From contig JADJQY010000042.1 in NCBI GenBank assembly GCA_016712505.1, positions 269,809-333,808 of the forward strand: 64,000 nucleotides of DNA, in the 5' to 3' direction. Shown piece by piece: positions 26,735 to 37,119 of the stretch (positions within the stretch are counted from its first letter, which is position 1; every line of letters starts with the position of its first letter). The position numbers were made by a program, and so were the translations under genes. The notes below the pieces were generated by a model. It saw only the letters and a list, made by a program, of their open reading frames with translations, did no database searches and had not been told where the DNA came from. Source of the stretch: Candidatus Eiseniibacteriota bacterium (GTDB lineage Bacteria > Eisenbacteria > RBG-16-71-46 > CAIMUX01).

Positions 26735-28819
26735 GTGTCCAGTCTTGCCGATCGACTCAATCGTGCCCGGGCCGGAAGGTTTGTCGGTCGCGCGGCCGAA
26801 TTGGATCTGTTTCGGAGCGTTCTCCGGGCGGAAGACCTTCCGTTCGCCGTGATCCACATCCACGGCCCCGGGGGGATCGGAAAGAGCACCCTCCTCCGCG
26901 AGTACGGTCGCCTGGCGGCCGAAGAAGGCGCACCCGCGGTCTATCTGGACACCCAGACCTTCGAGCCGACGCCGGAGGCGTTCCACACCGCCCTGGCCCT
27001 CCACCTCGGCACGGCGCCCGGCACCGACCCGGTGGCCAACTTCGCGCAGCGGCCACGACCGCAGGTGCTGCTCCTCGATACCTACGAGGCGGCCCTCCCT
27101 CTCGACCATTGGCTGCGGGACAGCTTCTTCCCCCAGCTCCCCGCCGATGCCCTGGTGGTGATCGCCGGCCGCTTTCCTCCTCAGCCCGCCTGGCGGTCCG
27201 ACCCCGGGTGGCAGAGCCTCCTCCGGATCGTCGCGTTACGAAATCTCAGTCCCGAGGAAAGCCTCGACTACCTCGACCGGCGCGAGTTTCCGAGCGAGCA
27301 GCGCGGGTCAGTGGTCCAGTTTACCCACGGGCACCCCTTGGCCCTCTCTCTCGTGGCGGACTCCCACAGCAATCGGGCCGAAGGTGTCTTCCAACCCGAG
27401 GAGTCCCCCGACCTGATCAAATCTCTCCTCGAGCGGTTCGTGCAAAACGTCCCCGGACCGGGGCACCGCGCCGCGCTCGAAGCCTCGGCGATGGTCCGGA
27501 TGCTCAATGAGGCGCTGCTGGCCCATCTCCTGGCCCTGCCCGAAGCGCACGAGATCTTCGAGTGGCTCCGAGGTCTGTCCTTCATCGAATCGACGCCGCT
27601 CGGACTGATGCCCCACTCCCTGGCGCGCGAGGCGATCGCGAGCGATCTCCGTTGGCGCAATCGGGAGCGATTCGCCGAGCTTCATCGGCGCGCCCGCGAG
27701 TACTACGGGCAACGCCTCCAGGAAACCACCGGGTTGGAGCAGCAGATCGTCCTCTACGATTACATCTACCTCCACCGGGACAATCCGGTGGTCAAACCAG
27801 CCTTCGAGTTCAAGACCGCTTCCGCCTTGCGCTCCGAAACCGCCCGCACCGAGGACGCGCCCCAGCTTCGCGCGCTGGTCGAGCGCCACGAAGGAGCGGA
27901 GTCGGCGGGCTGGTTCGACTTCTGGTTCGAACGGCAACCGGAGCGCTTCCTGGTCGTCCGCGACGGCACCGAGACCCCCGCCGGGTTCCTCGCCTTGATC
28001 GCGCTTTCCCACGCCGACCCGGCCGACCTCCGCCGCGATCCGGCCACCCACGCGGCCTGGAGCTACCTCGAACGCACCACCCCCCTGCGCGAGGGAGAGT
28101 GCGCCACCCACTTTCGCTTCTGGATGTCCCGGGACGACTACCAGCAGGTGGGACCGGTGCAGAGCCACATCGTGGTGGCGATGGTGCAGCACTACTTCGT
28201 CACGCCCGGGCTGGCCTTCACCTTCGTGGCCACCGCCGATCCCGACTTCTGGGATCCGGCATTCTCGTACGCCGACATTGCCCGGATACCCGCCACCGAC
28301 TTCCAGGTCGGCGGACGGCATTACGGCGTGGCGGGCCACGACTGGCGCAAGGTTCCCCCGCTCGCCTGGCTCGCCCTCCTCGGGGAGCGCGAGCTCGGCG
28401 CGCCGGCCGCCGAGGAGGCGACCCTCCCTCCGACCGAGACCCTCCTGGTGCTCTCGCAGGACGAGTTCGAGGCCGCGGTGCGCGAGGCGCTCAAGGTCTA
28501 CACCAAGCCGGATCTGCTGAAGCAGAATCCGCTCCTGCGTACGCGCCTGGTCCAGGAACGAGCCGGCGCCACGAGCGGCAAGGCAGAGAGGGCCGATGCC
28601 TTGCGGGCGCTGTTCAAGGAGATCGCGCAGGCGATGAAGGGCTCACCGAAGGATCTGAAGCTGCTCCGGCCGGTGCACTACACCTACCTCGCTCCGCTCG
28701 ACACGCAAGAGCTGGCGGCTGATCGCCTGGGGCTCCCCTTCTCGACCTATCGTCGGCATCTGGCAGCGGGCATGAAACGAATCGCCGACCTCCTGTGGCA
28801 ACAGGAGATCGGCGACTAG
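26735..28819 (+). CDS. STAND/AAA_16-type ATPase transcriptional regulator with a C-terminal HTH (sigma-70 region-4/LuxR-like)
   Basis: N-terminal P-loop HGPGGIGKSTLLREY. It has a long helical middle region. The C-terminal HTH-like segment (ELAADRLGLPFSTYRRHLAAGMKRIADLL) suggests a MalT/AfsR-like regulator. Confidence 0.55.
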   Translation: MSSLADRLNRARAGRFVGRAAELDLFRSVLRAEDLPFAVIHIHGPGGIGKSTLLREYGRLAAEEGAPAVYLDTQTFEPTPEAFHTALALHLGTAPGTDPVANFAQRPRPQVLLLDTYEAALPLDHWLRDSFFPQLPADALVVIAGRFPPQPAWRSDPGWQSLLRIVALRNLSPEESLDYLDRREFPSEQRGSVVQFTHGHPLALSLVADSHSNRAEGVFQPEESPDLIKSLLERFVQNVPGPGHRAALEASAMVRMLNEALLAHLLALPEAHEIFEWLRGLSFIESTPLGLMPHSLAREAIASDLRWRNRERFAELHRRAREYYGQRLQETTGLEQQIVLYDYIYLHRDNPVVKPAFEFKTASALRSETARTEDAPQLRALVERHEGAESAGWFDFWFERQPERFLVVRDGTETPAGFLALIALSHADPADLRRDPATHAAWSYLERTTPLREGECATHFRFWMSRDDYQQVGPVQSHIVVAMVQHYFVTPGLAFTFVATADPDFWDPAFSYADIARIPATDFQVGGRHYGVAGHDWRKVPPLAWLALLGERELGAPAAEEATLPPTETLLVLSQDEFEAAVREALKVYTKPDLLKQNPLLRTRLVQERAGATSGKAERADALRALFKEIAQAMKGSPKDLKLLRPVHYTYLAPLDTQELAADRLGLPFSTYRRHLAAGMKRIADLLWQQEIGD

Positions 28820-28874
28820 CTGTGGTCCTGGCTGTGTCTCTAGCTGTGGCCGGTGCGGGGCGACGGACAGGCGG

Positions 28875-29684
28875 CTAACGGAGGAACTCGACCGTTCCGC
28901 CATCCAGGTCGTACCGCGCGCCCACGACCTTGATGATCCGTTCGCGGGACCGCTCGGCCAGAATCGGTTCGGCATACTGCAGTCGATCCACCACCATGCG
29001 CACGTTCATCCGCACCGCGGCATCGAGCGGATCGCCCCCCTTGCCGCGCGAACGCGCCACCGCTGGTTCGATCTCGTCGATCAAGGTGCCGATATGTCCG
29101 GGCGCGTGGCCGCCGTCGAGCGCGGCCTTGACCGCGCCGCACTTCTCGTGCCCCATCACCACGATCAGGCCGACGCCAAGGTGCTCGACCGCGTACTCGA
29201 TACTGCCGATCGCCTCGTCCGTGGCCAGGTTCCCCGCCACGCGCACCACGAAGAGATCGCCGATCCCCTGATCGAACACGATCTCCGGCGGAACGCGCGA
29301 GTCGGCGCAGGCCACGATCGCGGCGAAGGGATGCTGTCCCCCAGCCACCTCGTGCCGTCGATCCTCGAACTGGTTCGGATGCCAGGCCTGCCCGGTCACG
29401 AAGCGCATGTTCCCCTCGAGCAGGCGGACCAGAGCCTCGTTTGGATCGACGCTCGGCTGGACATCGTGCAGAGTCGCGGGGGGCGTTTCCTTCGTCTTCG
29501 ACTTCGCCGAGGACTTCGGGGGCGAGTCGGCGTCGCGCGAGCTGGAGTGCGATGACGAGGCGTGGGTACTCGAACTGGAGTGGTCGCCATGCGCGTCCGA
29601 CCCATGTCCCCCGGCCAAACCCATGCGGGCGATCACGAGTGCGGAAAGAGCGGCGAGCGTGAAGAACGTGCGCTTGATCGACAT
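28875..29684 (-). CDS. Secreted beta-class carbonic anhydrase with a His/Ser-rich linker
   Basis: Signal peptide, then a low-complexity HGSDAHGDHSSSSTHASSSHSSS stretch. The beta-CA zinc ligands are in CADSR...HEKCG context. Confidence 0.8.
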   Translation of the reverse strand: MSIKRTFFTLAALSALVIARMGLAGGHGSDAHGDHSSSSTHASSSHSSSRDADSPPKSSAKSKTKETPPATLHDVQPSVDPNEALVRLLEGNMRFVTGQAWHPNQFEDRRHEVAGGQHPFAAIVACADSRVPPEIVFDQGIGDLFVVRVAGNLATDEAIGSIEYAVEHLGVGLIVVMGHEKCGAVKAALDGGHAPGHIGTLIDEIEPAVARSRGKGGDPLDAAVRMNVRMVVDRLQYAEPILAERSRERIIKVVGARYDLDGGTVEFLR

Positions 29685-29925
29685 GTCACCTCCGGGCGTT
29701 GCCCGAGAGATCTATCGGCCGGCGGAAAGAGCAAGTGTAGGACGGTCGTCCGCGGCTTCTGAGGCGCGACTTCCGCGCCACCGAAAACCGGCCAGATTCA
29801 GCCGGATCCGTGCGGATGCGCGTCTCGCCGGCCTGGGATCGGGGGGAAGAGTCGCGGGGCGCGGCCACCCGCACCGTGCGGGTGACCTACCCGATCCCGA
29901 CCGACGAGACGCCGCATCCACATCA

Positions 29926-31284
29926 CTACGACTCCTCGAGCCTGCTCAGAATCCGGCGGGCATCCGGCGCGGCGACCGGGGAAAACTGCGGGTTCAGCCG
30001 GAGCGCAGCCTCGAGGCAGCGTCGCGCCTCCGCGGTCTGCCCGGCCTGAGCGAACACCACGCCGGCCCGGTAGAGCCAGTCCGGGTCGCGGGTGCCGAGG
30101 CGCAATGCCTCGCGCATGCGCGGCAACGCGGCCTCGACCTCGGCCGCCTTGTAGAGGCTCCAACCGAGAACCAGCGCCGCCTGAACGCTTGGACGCCGGT
30201 CGTACGCATCCTCGGCGACGATGGTGATCGCCGCCGGATCGGCGCCGTGGTCGAGCTCGAAGAGCGACATCTCGAGATCGACGTTCATACCATGCTCGCG
30301 CGCCTCGGCTGCCGCATCTCGCACCAGATGGTATTGCTCCGCCGCCTCGTCCGGGTGGCCGAGGGCGACGAGGACATCCCCCAGTTCGATCCGGTACTGG
30401 GCGGACGGAAACGACTCGAGCACCGCTCCGTAGAGCATCTCCGCCGTCTCGAGCTCTCCCCGTGCCGCGGCGAGGCGAGCCAGCCCGGCCAACGCTCGGG
30501 GATAGCCGGGGATGGCCGCATCGGCCGCGCGATAGTGCTGCTCGGCCTGGTCGAGCTGTCCATTCTTCCAGTGCAGATCGCCGACATGGGTGCGGCACCA
30601 TGCCGCCTCCTCGGTCCCGGAGCGACCGGCGGTGGCGGCCATCTCCATCGCCTCGATCGCGCGGTCGTGCTCGCCGCGCAGCTCGAAGAGATACGAGGCA
30701 CGGGCATAGGCAGTCAGGTCCGGCTTCACGGCCAGCATGCGATCGAGCGCCATGGTCGCCTCGTCGTAGCGCCCCAGCTCCACATTGCCGTCGACCAGCA
30801 CCCCGAGGAACGGTGCACTCTCCGGGTACGAAGCAAGCCCCCGGCCCGCCCAGCTCAGCGCGCCCTTGAAGTCATGCCTCGATAGAGAGAGCGAGGCTAT
30901 GCCGAGCAGCGCGGCGAAGTCGTTCGCTTCGAGCGCCAGGGCGTGCGTGAAGAGCGACTCTGCCTGGCTGTAGAAACGCGGGTCCTCGACCAAGCGCGCC
31001 TGGTCGAGGTAGGTCAGCCCGAGGCGAGCCATGGCATCGGTGTCATCGGCTCGGGCCGCGAGACGGATCTTGTACTGCAGGATCGCCCGATCCCGCTTCT
31101 GGTCGGTCGCCCCTGCCTCCGCCACCGGCCCGCCGGGCAGATCGTCGCCCGCGGATCCAACCAGGGTGATGAGCGATCCCTTCGAGTGATCGTGGCGCGG
31201 TTCGACATGGAGGTCGTGGGCCAGGGCCGGCGGGCAGGTCCAGAGAGCCGCCAGCGACAGGAAAGCGAGTTGGAGCCTCATCTC
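29926..31284 (-). CDS. Secreted TPR-repeat protein
   Basis: The signal peptide (MRLQLAFLSLAALWTCPPALA) sits at the internal M. Multiple TPR-like helical repeats follow throughout. Confidence 0.6.
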   Translation of the reverse strand, partial: EMRLQLAFLSLAALWTCPPALAHDLHVEPRHDHSKGSLITLVGSAGDDLPGGPVAEAGATDQKRDRAILQYKIRLAARADDTDAMARLGLTYLDQARLVEDPRFYSQAESLFTHALALEANDFAALLGIASLSLSRHDFKGALSWAGRGLASYPESAPFLGVLVDGNVELGRYDEATMALDRMLAVKPDLTAYARASYLFELRGEHDRAIEAMEMAATAGRSGTEEAAWCRTHVGDLHWKNGQLDQAEQHYRAADAAIPGYPRALAGLARLAAARGELETAEMLYGAVLESFPSAQYRIELGDVLVALGHPDEAAEQYHLVRDAAAEAREHGMNVDLEMSLFELDHGADPAAITIVAEDAYDRRPSVQAALVLGWSLYKAAEVEAALPRMREALRLGTRDPDWLYRAGVVFAQAGQTAEARRCLEAALRLNPQFSPVAAPDARRILSRLEES

Positions 31285-31384
31285 AGTTCCTCTTCCTTGG
31301 GTCCAGGATCGCGTGTGGAGAGCAGGTCTGGGCGCCTGCTCCCCACACACTCGATCCGGTGCAGCATCGGTTTCGGGAGAAGGT

Positions 31385-33211
31385 CTAACGGCGGAGGGTC
31401 ATCTTCCGCGATTCGACGTTTTGATCGGTCGAAACGCGGCAGAAGTAGGTACCGGAGGGCATCCGGTTGCCGTTGTCATCGGCGCCGTCCCACATCACTT
31501 CGTAGCTACCGGCGGCCTGCTCGCCGTTGACCAGCGTCCGCACCGAACGCCCCGTGACGTCGATCACGTCGACCGAAACGGCGCCCTTGGCCGGGAGCGC
31601 GTAGCCGATCCGGGTCTGGGCCTGGAACGGATTCGGCGCGTTCTGCCCGAGCGAGAGCGAGGCGGGGAGGATCGACCCCAAGGCGCTCTGCGATGACGGA
31701 TCGTTGCTCGCCACCACCAAACTGCCATTCTGCAGGCTCAGGCTCATCGTGGTGGCGGGGCGCGGCGCCGTCGCGCGGCTGTGCAGGACGTCTTCGAATC
31801 CCTGGTGGGGGGAGGCGAGGTACGGGAAGCTCGACTTGAACGGCAGGTCGTTCTGGTCCACGCCATCGCCCAGCTTGTCGGCCAGCGGATCGAGCACCCA
31901 GTCCGGGTGGAACAGCTTGTAGGTCACGCCCGCCACCGCCTGGATCTCGATGTCGGTCACGTCGTCTTCCAGACGGCGCCCGTTCGGGAATCCGTCGAGA
32001 TTTCCGCCCAGCACTCCCATCCGGCTGAAGCTCTCCGCATCACGCGAAGTGGCCGGAATCGCGGTGTTGAGGCGAATCTGCTCGCTCGGGGTGACGTTCG
32101 GCGGCTGATTCAGCCCCGGCACGCCGGTGAGGAAGACCGCGACCAGATCGTCACGTCCGTGTAGCGGCACATTCAGTCCGTAGATCAGGTTGAGCAGCAC
32201 GGCCAGCTCCGGATCGGTCACGTAGCTCAGGAACTGCCCGTCGTGCTGGGGCTGGCTGTTGTTCCAGCGATCCTTGTTGCCGAGCGGGATCACCACTTCG
32301 TTCACCAACGGCATGCCCAGGCGCGAAACCTGCACCATCGGGCCGCCGGTCGAGGGCGGGGCGCCGTTTGGGTTCAAGATGGAGATCCGCTTCCGGCTCG
32401 CGGTGGCCCAGACACCGATGGTCGCGTCCGGATCGCTCGGATCGGTCGGCAGTTGCCCGTCCTTGGTCAGAAGCTGGGTCGGAATCTGCATGGCGATCGT
32501 GTGGGTGTTGAACCCGGCCACTCCGTCGATGCCTCCGCCGTTGTTCCCCGGGAGCACGCGAATGGTCAGAAGATCGAAGATTCCGCCCAGGTCGACGTAG
32601 AACGGATCGTCGCGCTGCCCCGCGAACAGCTTGATGCCGTTCGGCAGCGTGGTGATCGCCTGCTCGGCCAGTGACTCGTAGTTCGGGGTCGAGGAGGGGC
32701 CGATGTTCACCGGCGGGGTCGGCACGGTCTGGGCCAATCCGCTGACGAAGTTCCCGTTCTTCACCTGGCGAACGCTGTAGGTCTGGCGGATGTTCCAGTC
32801 GCTGTCGTTCAACGAGGTGATCGGGCCGGTGTTGTACAGAAACGTGTTGGGGTTCTGCACCGTCGTCTTGAAGCTGAACTGGTAGTCGATGTCGCTCTTG
32901 GCGTCGCCGTTGTTGTCGATGTGAATCTCGTAGAGCACATCGTCGCCGAACTTGTTGAAGTTCGGCCCACCGGCCGGCGCCTCGAGCGGGATGTAGTTCG
33001 CAACGATGGTCACGGTGTTCGGCGCATCCGGGCTCACGAATGCATAGGTATCGGTGTTGTCCGCCAGCGGGTCGTTCGAGACCAGCGGCGCTTCGCGGTG
33101 GCTCGAACCCCACGCGACCTGATTCGTCACGCCGATCGTGCCCAGTGCCGCAACCGCGGCCAAGGCGGCGAGGCCGATCTGGCCCGCCCTATTCCAGTTC
33201 CGGATCTGCAT
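31385..33211 (-). CDS. DUF4331-family secreted protein with a T9SS C-terminal sorting domain
   Basis: After the signal peptide the mature N-terminus is SSHREAPLVSNDPLADNTDTYAF, the hallmark of DUF4331. The C-terminus (LGQNAPNPFQAQTRIGYAL...SGTYFCRVST) is a T9SS CTD. I trimmed the start to MQIRNW. Confidence 0.7.
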   Translation of the reverse strand: MQIRNWNRAGQIGLAALAAVAALGTIGVTNQVAWGSSHREAPLVSNDPLADNTDTYAFVSPDAPNTVTIVANYIPLEAPAGGPNFNKFGDDVLYEIHIDNNGDAKSDIDYQFSFKTTVQNPNTFLYNTGPITSLNDSDWNIRQTYSVRQVKNGNFVSGLAQTVPTPPVNIGPSSTPNYESLAEQAITTLPNGIKLFAGQRDDPFYVDLGGIFDLLTIRVLPGNNGGGIDGVAGFNTHTIAMQIPTQLLTKDGQLPTDPSDPDATIGVWATASRKRISILNPNGAPPSTGGPMVQVSRLGMPLVNEVVIPLGNKDRWNNSQPQHDGQFLSYVTDPELAVLLNLIYGLNVPLHGRDDLVAVFLTGVPGLNQPPNVTPSEQIRLNTAIPATSRDAESFSRMGVLGGNLDGFPNGRRLEDDVTDIEIQAVAGVTYKLFHPDWVLDPLADKLGDGVDQNDLPFKSSFPYLASPHQGFEDVLHSRATAPRPATTMSLSLQNGSLVVASNDPSSQSALGSILPASLSLGQNAPNPFQAQTRIGYALPAKGAVSVDVIDVTGRSVRTLVNGEQAAGSYEVMWDGADDNGNRMPSGTYFCRVSTDQNVESRKMTLRR

Positions 33212-33552
33212 CGGGAAGTCTCCTTCTTCGGTCCTTAGCGTTCTCTCTGCCTTGAATCCTGTCCGCTCCAGGCGAGTCGGGATCCCGGAAGACCACCGGG
33301 CGATCCTCCGGGTCCCCACCGCCTATCCGCGCTACCGGTCCCCAAGACCACGGTGCGGGATCGTTCGGACAAGCAAGAGAATCGGGCGAATCGCTGGCCA
33401 CGCGACACGCCAGCGACTGCTCAGTCGCTGCTCAGGGAGAGAACCAGGGACGGCGGGAGAGGGACGTGAGTCACCGCACTAACTAATTACGGAATAATCC
33501 GTTATGCGCTTCGGCCGCGGCTCCCGAAATCGGACGCGAGCATCTTGGCTGT

Positions 33553-33969
33553 TCAGCGTCCGGCGCGGCGCGCGTAAATCGCCAGGCTGATCCAGCCCGC
33601 CCAGAAGCAGAGCCCGCCGATCGGGGTAATCGCCCCGAGCATCCGCAGGCCGGAGAGGGCGAGGGCGTACAGACTGCCGGAGAAGATGAGGATTCCGGCG
33701 AGGAACCAGCGCCCCACGATCGGCGCTCTCCCTCCCAGCCGCGGAGCCAGCGCCGCAACCAGGAGGATCGCCAGTGCGTGGTACATCTGGTAGCGGGCAG
33801 CCGTGTCGAAGATCTCGAGCGCGTGCTGATCCAGGCGACGCTCCAGCGCGTGGCGCCCGAACGCGCCGGCAGCCACTGCCAGCAGTGCCGCGGTCGCACC
33901 CGTGGCAATCAGTCGCGAAACTCCGGCGTCGTGCGCCGCGCCCTCGGTTCCCCGCACCCGGTCGGTCAT
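33553..33969 (-). CDS. DUF423 (YgdD/TMEM256-like) small membrane protein
   Basis: Four hydrophobic helices in the characteristic pattern (GATAALLAVAAGAFGRHAL...YQMYHALAIL...). I trimmed the start to MTDRV. Confidence 0.55.
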   Translation of the reverse strand: MTDRVRGTEGAAHDAGVSRLIATGATAALLAVAAGAFGRHALERRLDQHALEIFDTAARYQMYHALAILLVAALAPRLGGRAPIVGRWFLAGILIFSGSLYALALSGLRMLGAITPIGGLCFWAGWISLAIYARRAGR

Positions 33970-33979
33970 CGGCAATCCA

Positions 33980-34840
33980 TCACGGCGCGTCCGCCGCCGC
34001 ATTCGAACTTCCAGCCGAGCTTCCCGCCCCACTTCCCGTCGCACTCGCCGCCGCGGCCGGCGCCTCCGGATAGGTGCCGCGGAGAGCGTCGCGCACCAGC
34101 TTCTTCACTTCCGGCGGAAAATCCTTGTTCAGGATCCAATCGAGGTAGCCCGGCTCCTGCTCGACCATTTCGCGCAGCAGCCGCCCCCGGTGATTGCCGA
34201 AGTTGACGCACACTTCTCCGTCGCGCCAGCGGAACTTCCGCCCGGAGTCGACGAAGCGGGTGTCCCTCAGGTTGAACATCGCGTCCAACCCCGCCACGTC
34301 CCGCGGCAGCTCCGCGTAGTGCAAGAGCTGCCCGAACAGCACTTCGGCCGAAGCGATCGTATCGGCCAGCGCCCCGTGCGCCCCTTCCAGCTCGCGTCCC
34401 ACGAATTTCCGGTAGGCCGCCGAGAGGTCCCGCGGCTCCATCTTGTGGAAGATCACCTGCGCGTCCAGCACCCGCGCCCCCTCCGGGGCCCACTCGATCC
34501 GAGCCCGCTGGAACTCGTTCCGCAGCAGCGGCAGATCGAAGCGGAGGATGTTGTATCCCCCCAGGTCGGCGTCGTGCAGCCGTTGCAGCAGGGTCGGCGC
34601 CAGATCCACGAAGGTCGGAGCTCCCGCCACATCCTGGTCGCTGATGCCGTGCACCCGTCGCGATTCCTCCGGGATCGGCATCTCCGGGTTGACCAGCGTC
34701 CGATATTCGACTCGCTGCCCATCCGGCTTGTACCGCACCAGTGCGATCTCCACGATCCGATCGGTGCTCAGGTCGGTCCCCGTCGTCTCCGTATCGAGAA
34801 ACACCAGATCACGTTCCAGCTTCAGCGGGCTCGAGTTCAT
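33980..34840 (-). CDS. DEDDh 3'-5' exonuclease (DnaQ/Pol III epsilon-like) with a C-terminal extension
   Basis: Exo I (VFLDTETTG), Exo II (HGISDQDV) and Exo III (HGALADT) motifs. I trimmed the start to MNSSPLK. The ORF track's upstream extension is junk. Confidence 0.75.
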   Translation of the reverse strand: MNSSPLKLERDLVFLDTETTGTDLSTDRIVEIALVRYKPDGQRVEYRTLVNPEMPIPEESRRVHGISDQDVAGAPTFVDLAPTLLQRLHDADLGGYNILRFDLPLLRNEFQRARIEWAPEGARVLDAQVIFHKMEPRDLSAAYRKFVGRELEGAHGALADTIASAEVLFGQLLHYAELPRDVAGLDAMFNLRDTRFVDSGRKFRWRDGEVCVNFGNHRGRLLREMVEQEPGYLDWILNKDFPPEVKKLVRDALRGTYPEAPAAAASATGSGAGSSAGSSNAAADAP

Positions 34841-35152
34841 GCTGCTCCATTCCCTGCCGTGGTCAGCGGCTCCAACCGTTCTTCCCTCGCCACCTCCGAA
34901 GCCAATTCCGGACCGGCGCGACACTTCACCCGGATCATGCCCCCGATCGGGATTCCGGACAAGAGCCCCGCGGAGGCCCCGCGCCCGACCGTTTCGCTCG
35001 TGGGTTGGCGGAGGGTGGCATCGATTCGGCACGGAAAGAAGCAGCGCGCCGACCGGGTGGGTATCGGCGCGCTGCGAGAGAGGACGGGTCGAGAGGGGCC
35101 GTAACCCCTCAGGGAACATCGATGCCTGATCAGATACCGATAGAGGACAAGG

Positions 35153-35950
35153 TCATTCGAGAATCAACACGGACTCCGCACGCCGCTCTCCGCCGGCGGA
35201 GAGCTGGAGGTAGTAGATCCCCCCGGCCAGACCCGAGAGGTCGAGGTCGACGTGGTGCACCCCCGAATCGAACCCCCCGCGCGCGAGCGCGCGGACGAAG
35301 CGGCCGCTGGGGTCGTACAGCGAGAGATCGACTCCCGCCTCGCTGGGGAGCGAGAAACGCACGCTGGCCCGGTTCCGCGCTGGATTGGGCATCGGCGCGG
35401 ACAGTGCCAGCGTCGCCCCCCGCCGGGGCTCGACGGACGTCGTGCCGACGGTCCGGACCGGGATCACGGCGGAGGTCCAGTCGGCATGATCCGCGTGCCA
35501 GATCTTGATCTGGAGGGTGCTCACTCCCGGATTCACTCCGGTCAGGTGGAACGCCCAGTCGTCGAGCTGTGAGATGGTGGCAATCACCGGGTTCGGAGCA
35601 TTCCAGCGGAGCGAGTAGATCGGGTCGGTCGGCGTGAACTCGACCCCGTTCTCGTCGAGAAAGCTCACATCGATTCGACCGCTGGAAACGGTCGCGGGGA
35701 GATCGAACTTGCCGTTCACGACCCCCTGCCAGACCGTAACGACCGCGGTGTTCTGGAGACGCAACACCATGCCATCGGGTGAAAGGTGCTGCGCCCTCGC
35801 CGGCGGTGCTGCCAGGAACGCAGAGGTCAGTCCCAGGCCCAGGGCCAGACTCCGCAAGAGACTCGGCGCGGCAGATTCGGGGGGTCGGTTCCGGACCATG
35901 CCGGCGTGTTGCCGGAGCACCCGGCCCAGTTTCGCTTGGTACCGATTCAT
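35153..35950 (-). CDS. Secreted protein with one copy of a novel Big-like domain bearing a W-H-x-D-H-x-D motif, plus a T9SS C-terminal sorting domain
   Basis: Its single domain (...VTVWQGVVNG...IDVSFLDENG...IKIWHADHADWTSAVIPVRTV) is homologous to the two domains of the lipoprotein at 39679..40956. The C-terminus (LSAPMPNPARNRASVRFSL...GIYYLQLSAGG) is a T9SS CTD. Confidence 0.6.
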   Translation of the reverse strand: MNRYQAKLGRVLRQHAGMVRNRPPESAAPSLLRSLALGLGLTSAFLAAPPARAQHLSPDGMVLRLQNTAVVTVWQGVVNGKFDLPATVSSGRIDVSFLDENGVEFTPTDPIYSLRWNAPNPVIATISQLDDWAFHLTGVNPGVSTLQIKIWHADHADWTSAVIPVRTVGTTSVEPRRGATLALSAPMPNPARNRASVRFSLPSEAGVDLSLYDPSGRFVRALARGGFDSGVHHVDLDLSGLAGGIYYLQLSAGGERRAESVLILE

Positions 35951-36031
35951 CGCTTCCTCCCGGGATGCGCGCTCCCGCGGCGAGGAGACGGCCGGCGCCG
36001 TCTCCTCTCGCCGTCAGGACGCGGGTCGTGG

Positions 36032-37057
36032 TTAGCGGTAGGTGGCCTTGATTCCGCCCCAGCTTCGCGACTCGGTGGCCACCGGTCCGCAGGGGTTCGG
36101 ATCGCAGCTCGTGCCGTCGCCCACGTAGGTGCCGCCTTCCTTGTTCACGCAGTGATCCTCGAACGAGATCTCGCACCCCTCGCCCGGAACGCAGCAGGCG
36201 CCGGCCGGGTCGCAGGGATACGGATCGCACGTGGTACCGTCGCCGAGATACTCCGCTCCGTGGTCGGTGCACTCGCTGGGCGCCACGACCGAGCAGCCGG
36301 TCTCCGGGCTACAGCACGCACCTTGCGGCTGCGGACAGGGGTTCGGATCGCAAACCGATCCCTCTCCCTGGAACGCACCGCCGTTGGCGGCACAGAGGTC
36401 GGCGAGGAGTACCGCGCACGAGCCGTCAGAGAAGCAGCAGGCACCCTCGACCGGACCCGAAGTCGGGCAGGGGGTGGAGCCCGGCGCGTCGAAGCCGAGG
36501 GTGCCGAACCCAGCGATCGCATCGAGGTTTGCCGGAACGCTGTCGTCGGCGAACTGGCCGCCCTGCGTCGGGTGGGCGGTCAGAGCGAAGAGGGCGGGAT
36601 CCGGCGCGTAGTAGTTGTAACCGGCGAACCAGTAGGCCTCGACCAGTTGGCTCGTCCGGGCCGTGTTCCAGGTGATCGCGGTCCCTTCGCCCGAGTTCGG
36701 CCAGCCGCCGGTGGTCAGCTCGAAGTCGGCGCAGCTCCCCTGCGCCACCAGGCTGATCGACGCGGTGTAACTCACGCCGAAGGTAAGCCCGGCCACGCGC
36801 GGATTCGCGCCAGAGTCGAAAGCGGCGACGACGTAGAACAGCGTCGGGTCGGCGCCCGTCACGAAGTTGACCGCCTGAGCGCAATCGACCAACCCACCCT
36901 GGCCGCTCCCAACCCCCTGGCCGCAGTAGCTCGACTGGTCCGGGGTGTAGGCGATCGAAGGATTGGCGTGGAGGAACAAGGTGCCGCCTGCGTTCGGCCC
37001 GGCCTGCGCCGTGGCGGCACAGGTCAGAGCCAGAGCTGACAATATCCACTTCTGCAT
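36032..37057 (-). CDS. Secreted protein with C-terminal cysteine-rich repeats
   Basis: Signal peptide from MQKWILSALALTCAATAQA. There are three ~40-aa repeats of the pattern GACCx(4-5)CxxxxxxxCxxxGGxYxGxGxxCDPNPC. No T9SS CTD. Confidence 0.55.
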   Translation of the reverse strand: MQKWILSALALTCAATAQAGPNAGGTLFLHANPSIAYTPDQSSYCGQGVGSGQGGLVDCAQAVNFVTGADPTLFYVVAAFDSGANPRVAGLTFGVSYTASISLVAQGSCADFELTTGGWPNSGEGTAITWNTARTSQLVEAYWFAGYNYYAPDPALFALTAHPTQGGQFADDSVPANLDAIAGFGTLGFDAPGSTPCPTSGPVEGACCFSDGSCAVLLADLCAANGGAFQGEGSVCDPNPCPQPQGACCSPETGCSVVAPSECTDHGAEYLGDGTTCDPYPCDPAGACCVPGEGCEISFEDHCVNKEGGTYVGDGTSCDPNPCGPVATESRSWGGIKATYR

Positions 37058-37119
37058 GGAGTACTCCTGGGTGGGGGGTATTGAGCTCCCCGGAGGGGGC
37101 AACCCGCCGGGCGAGAGGA

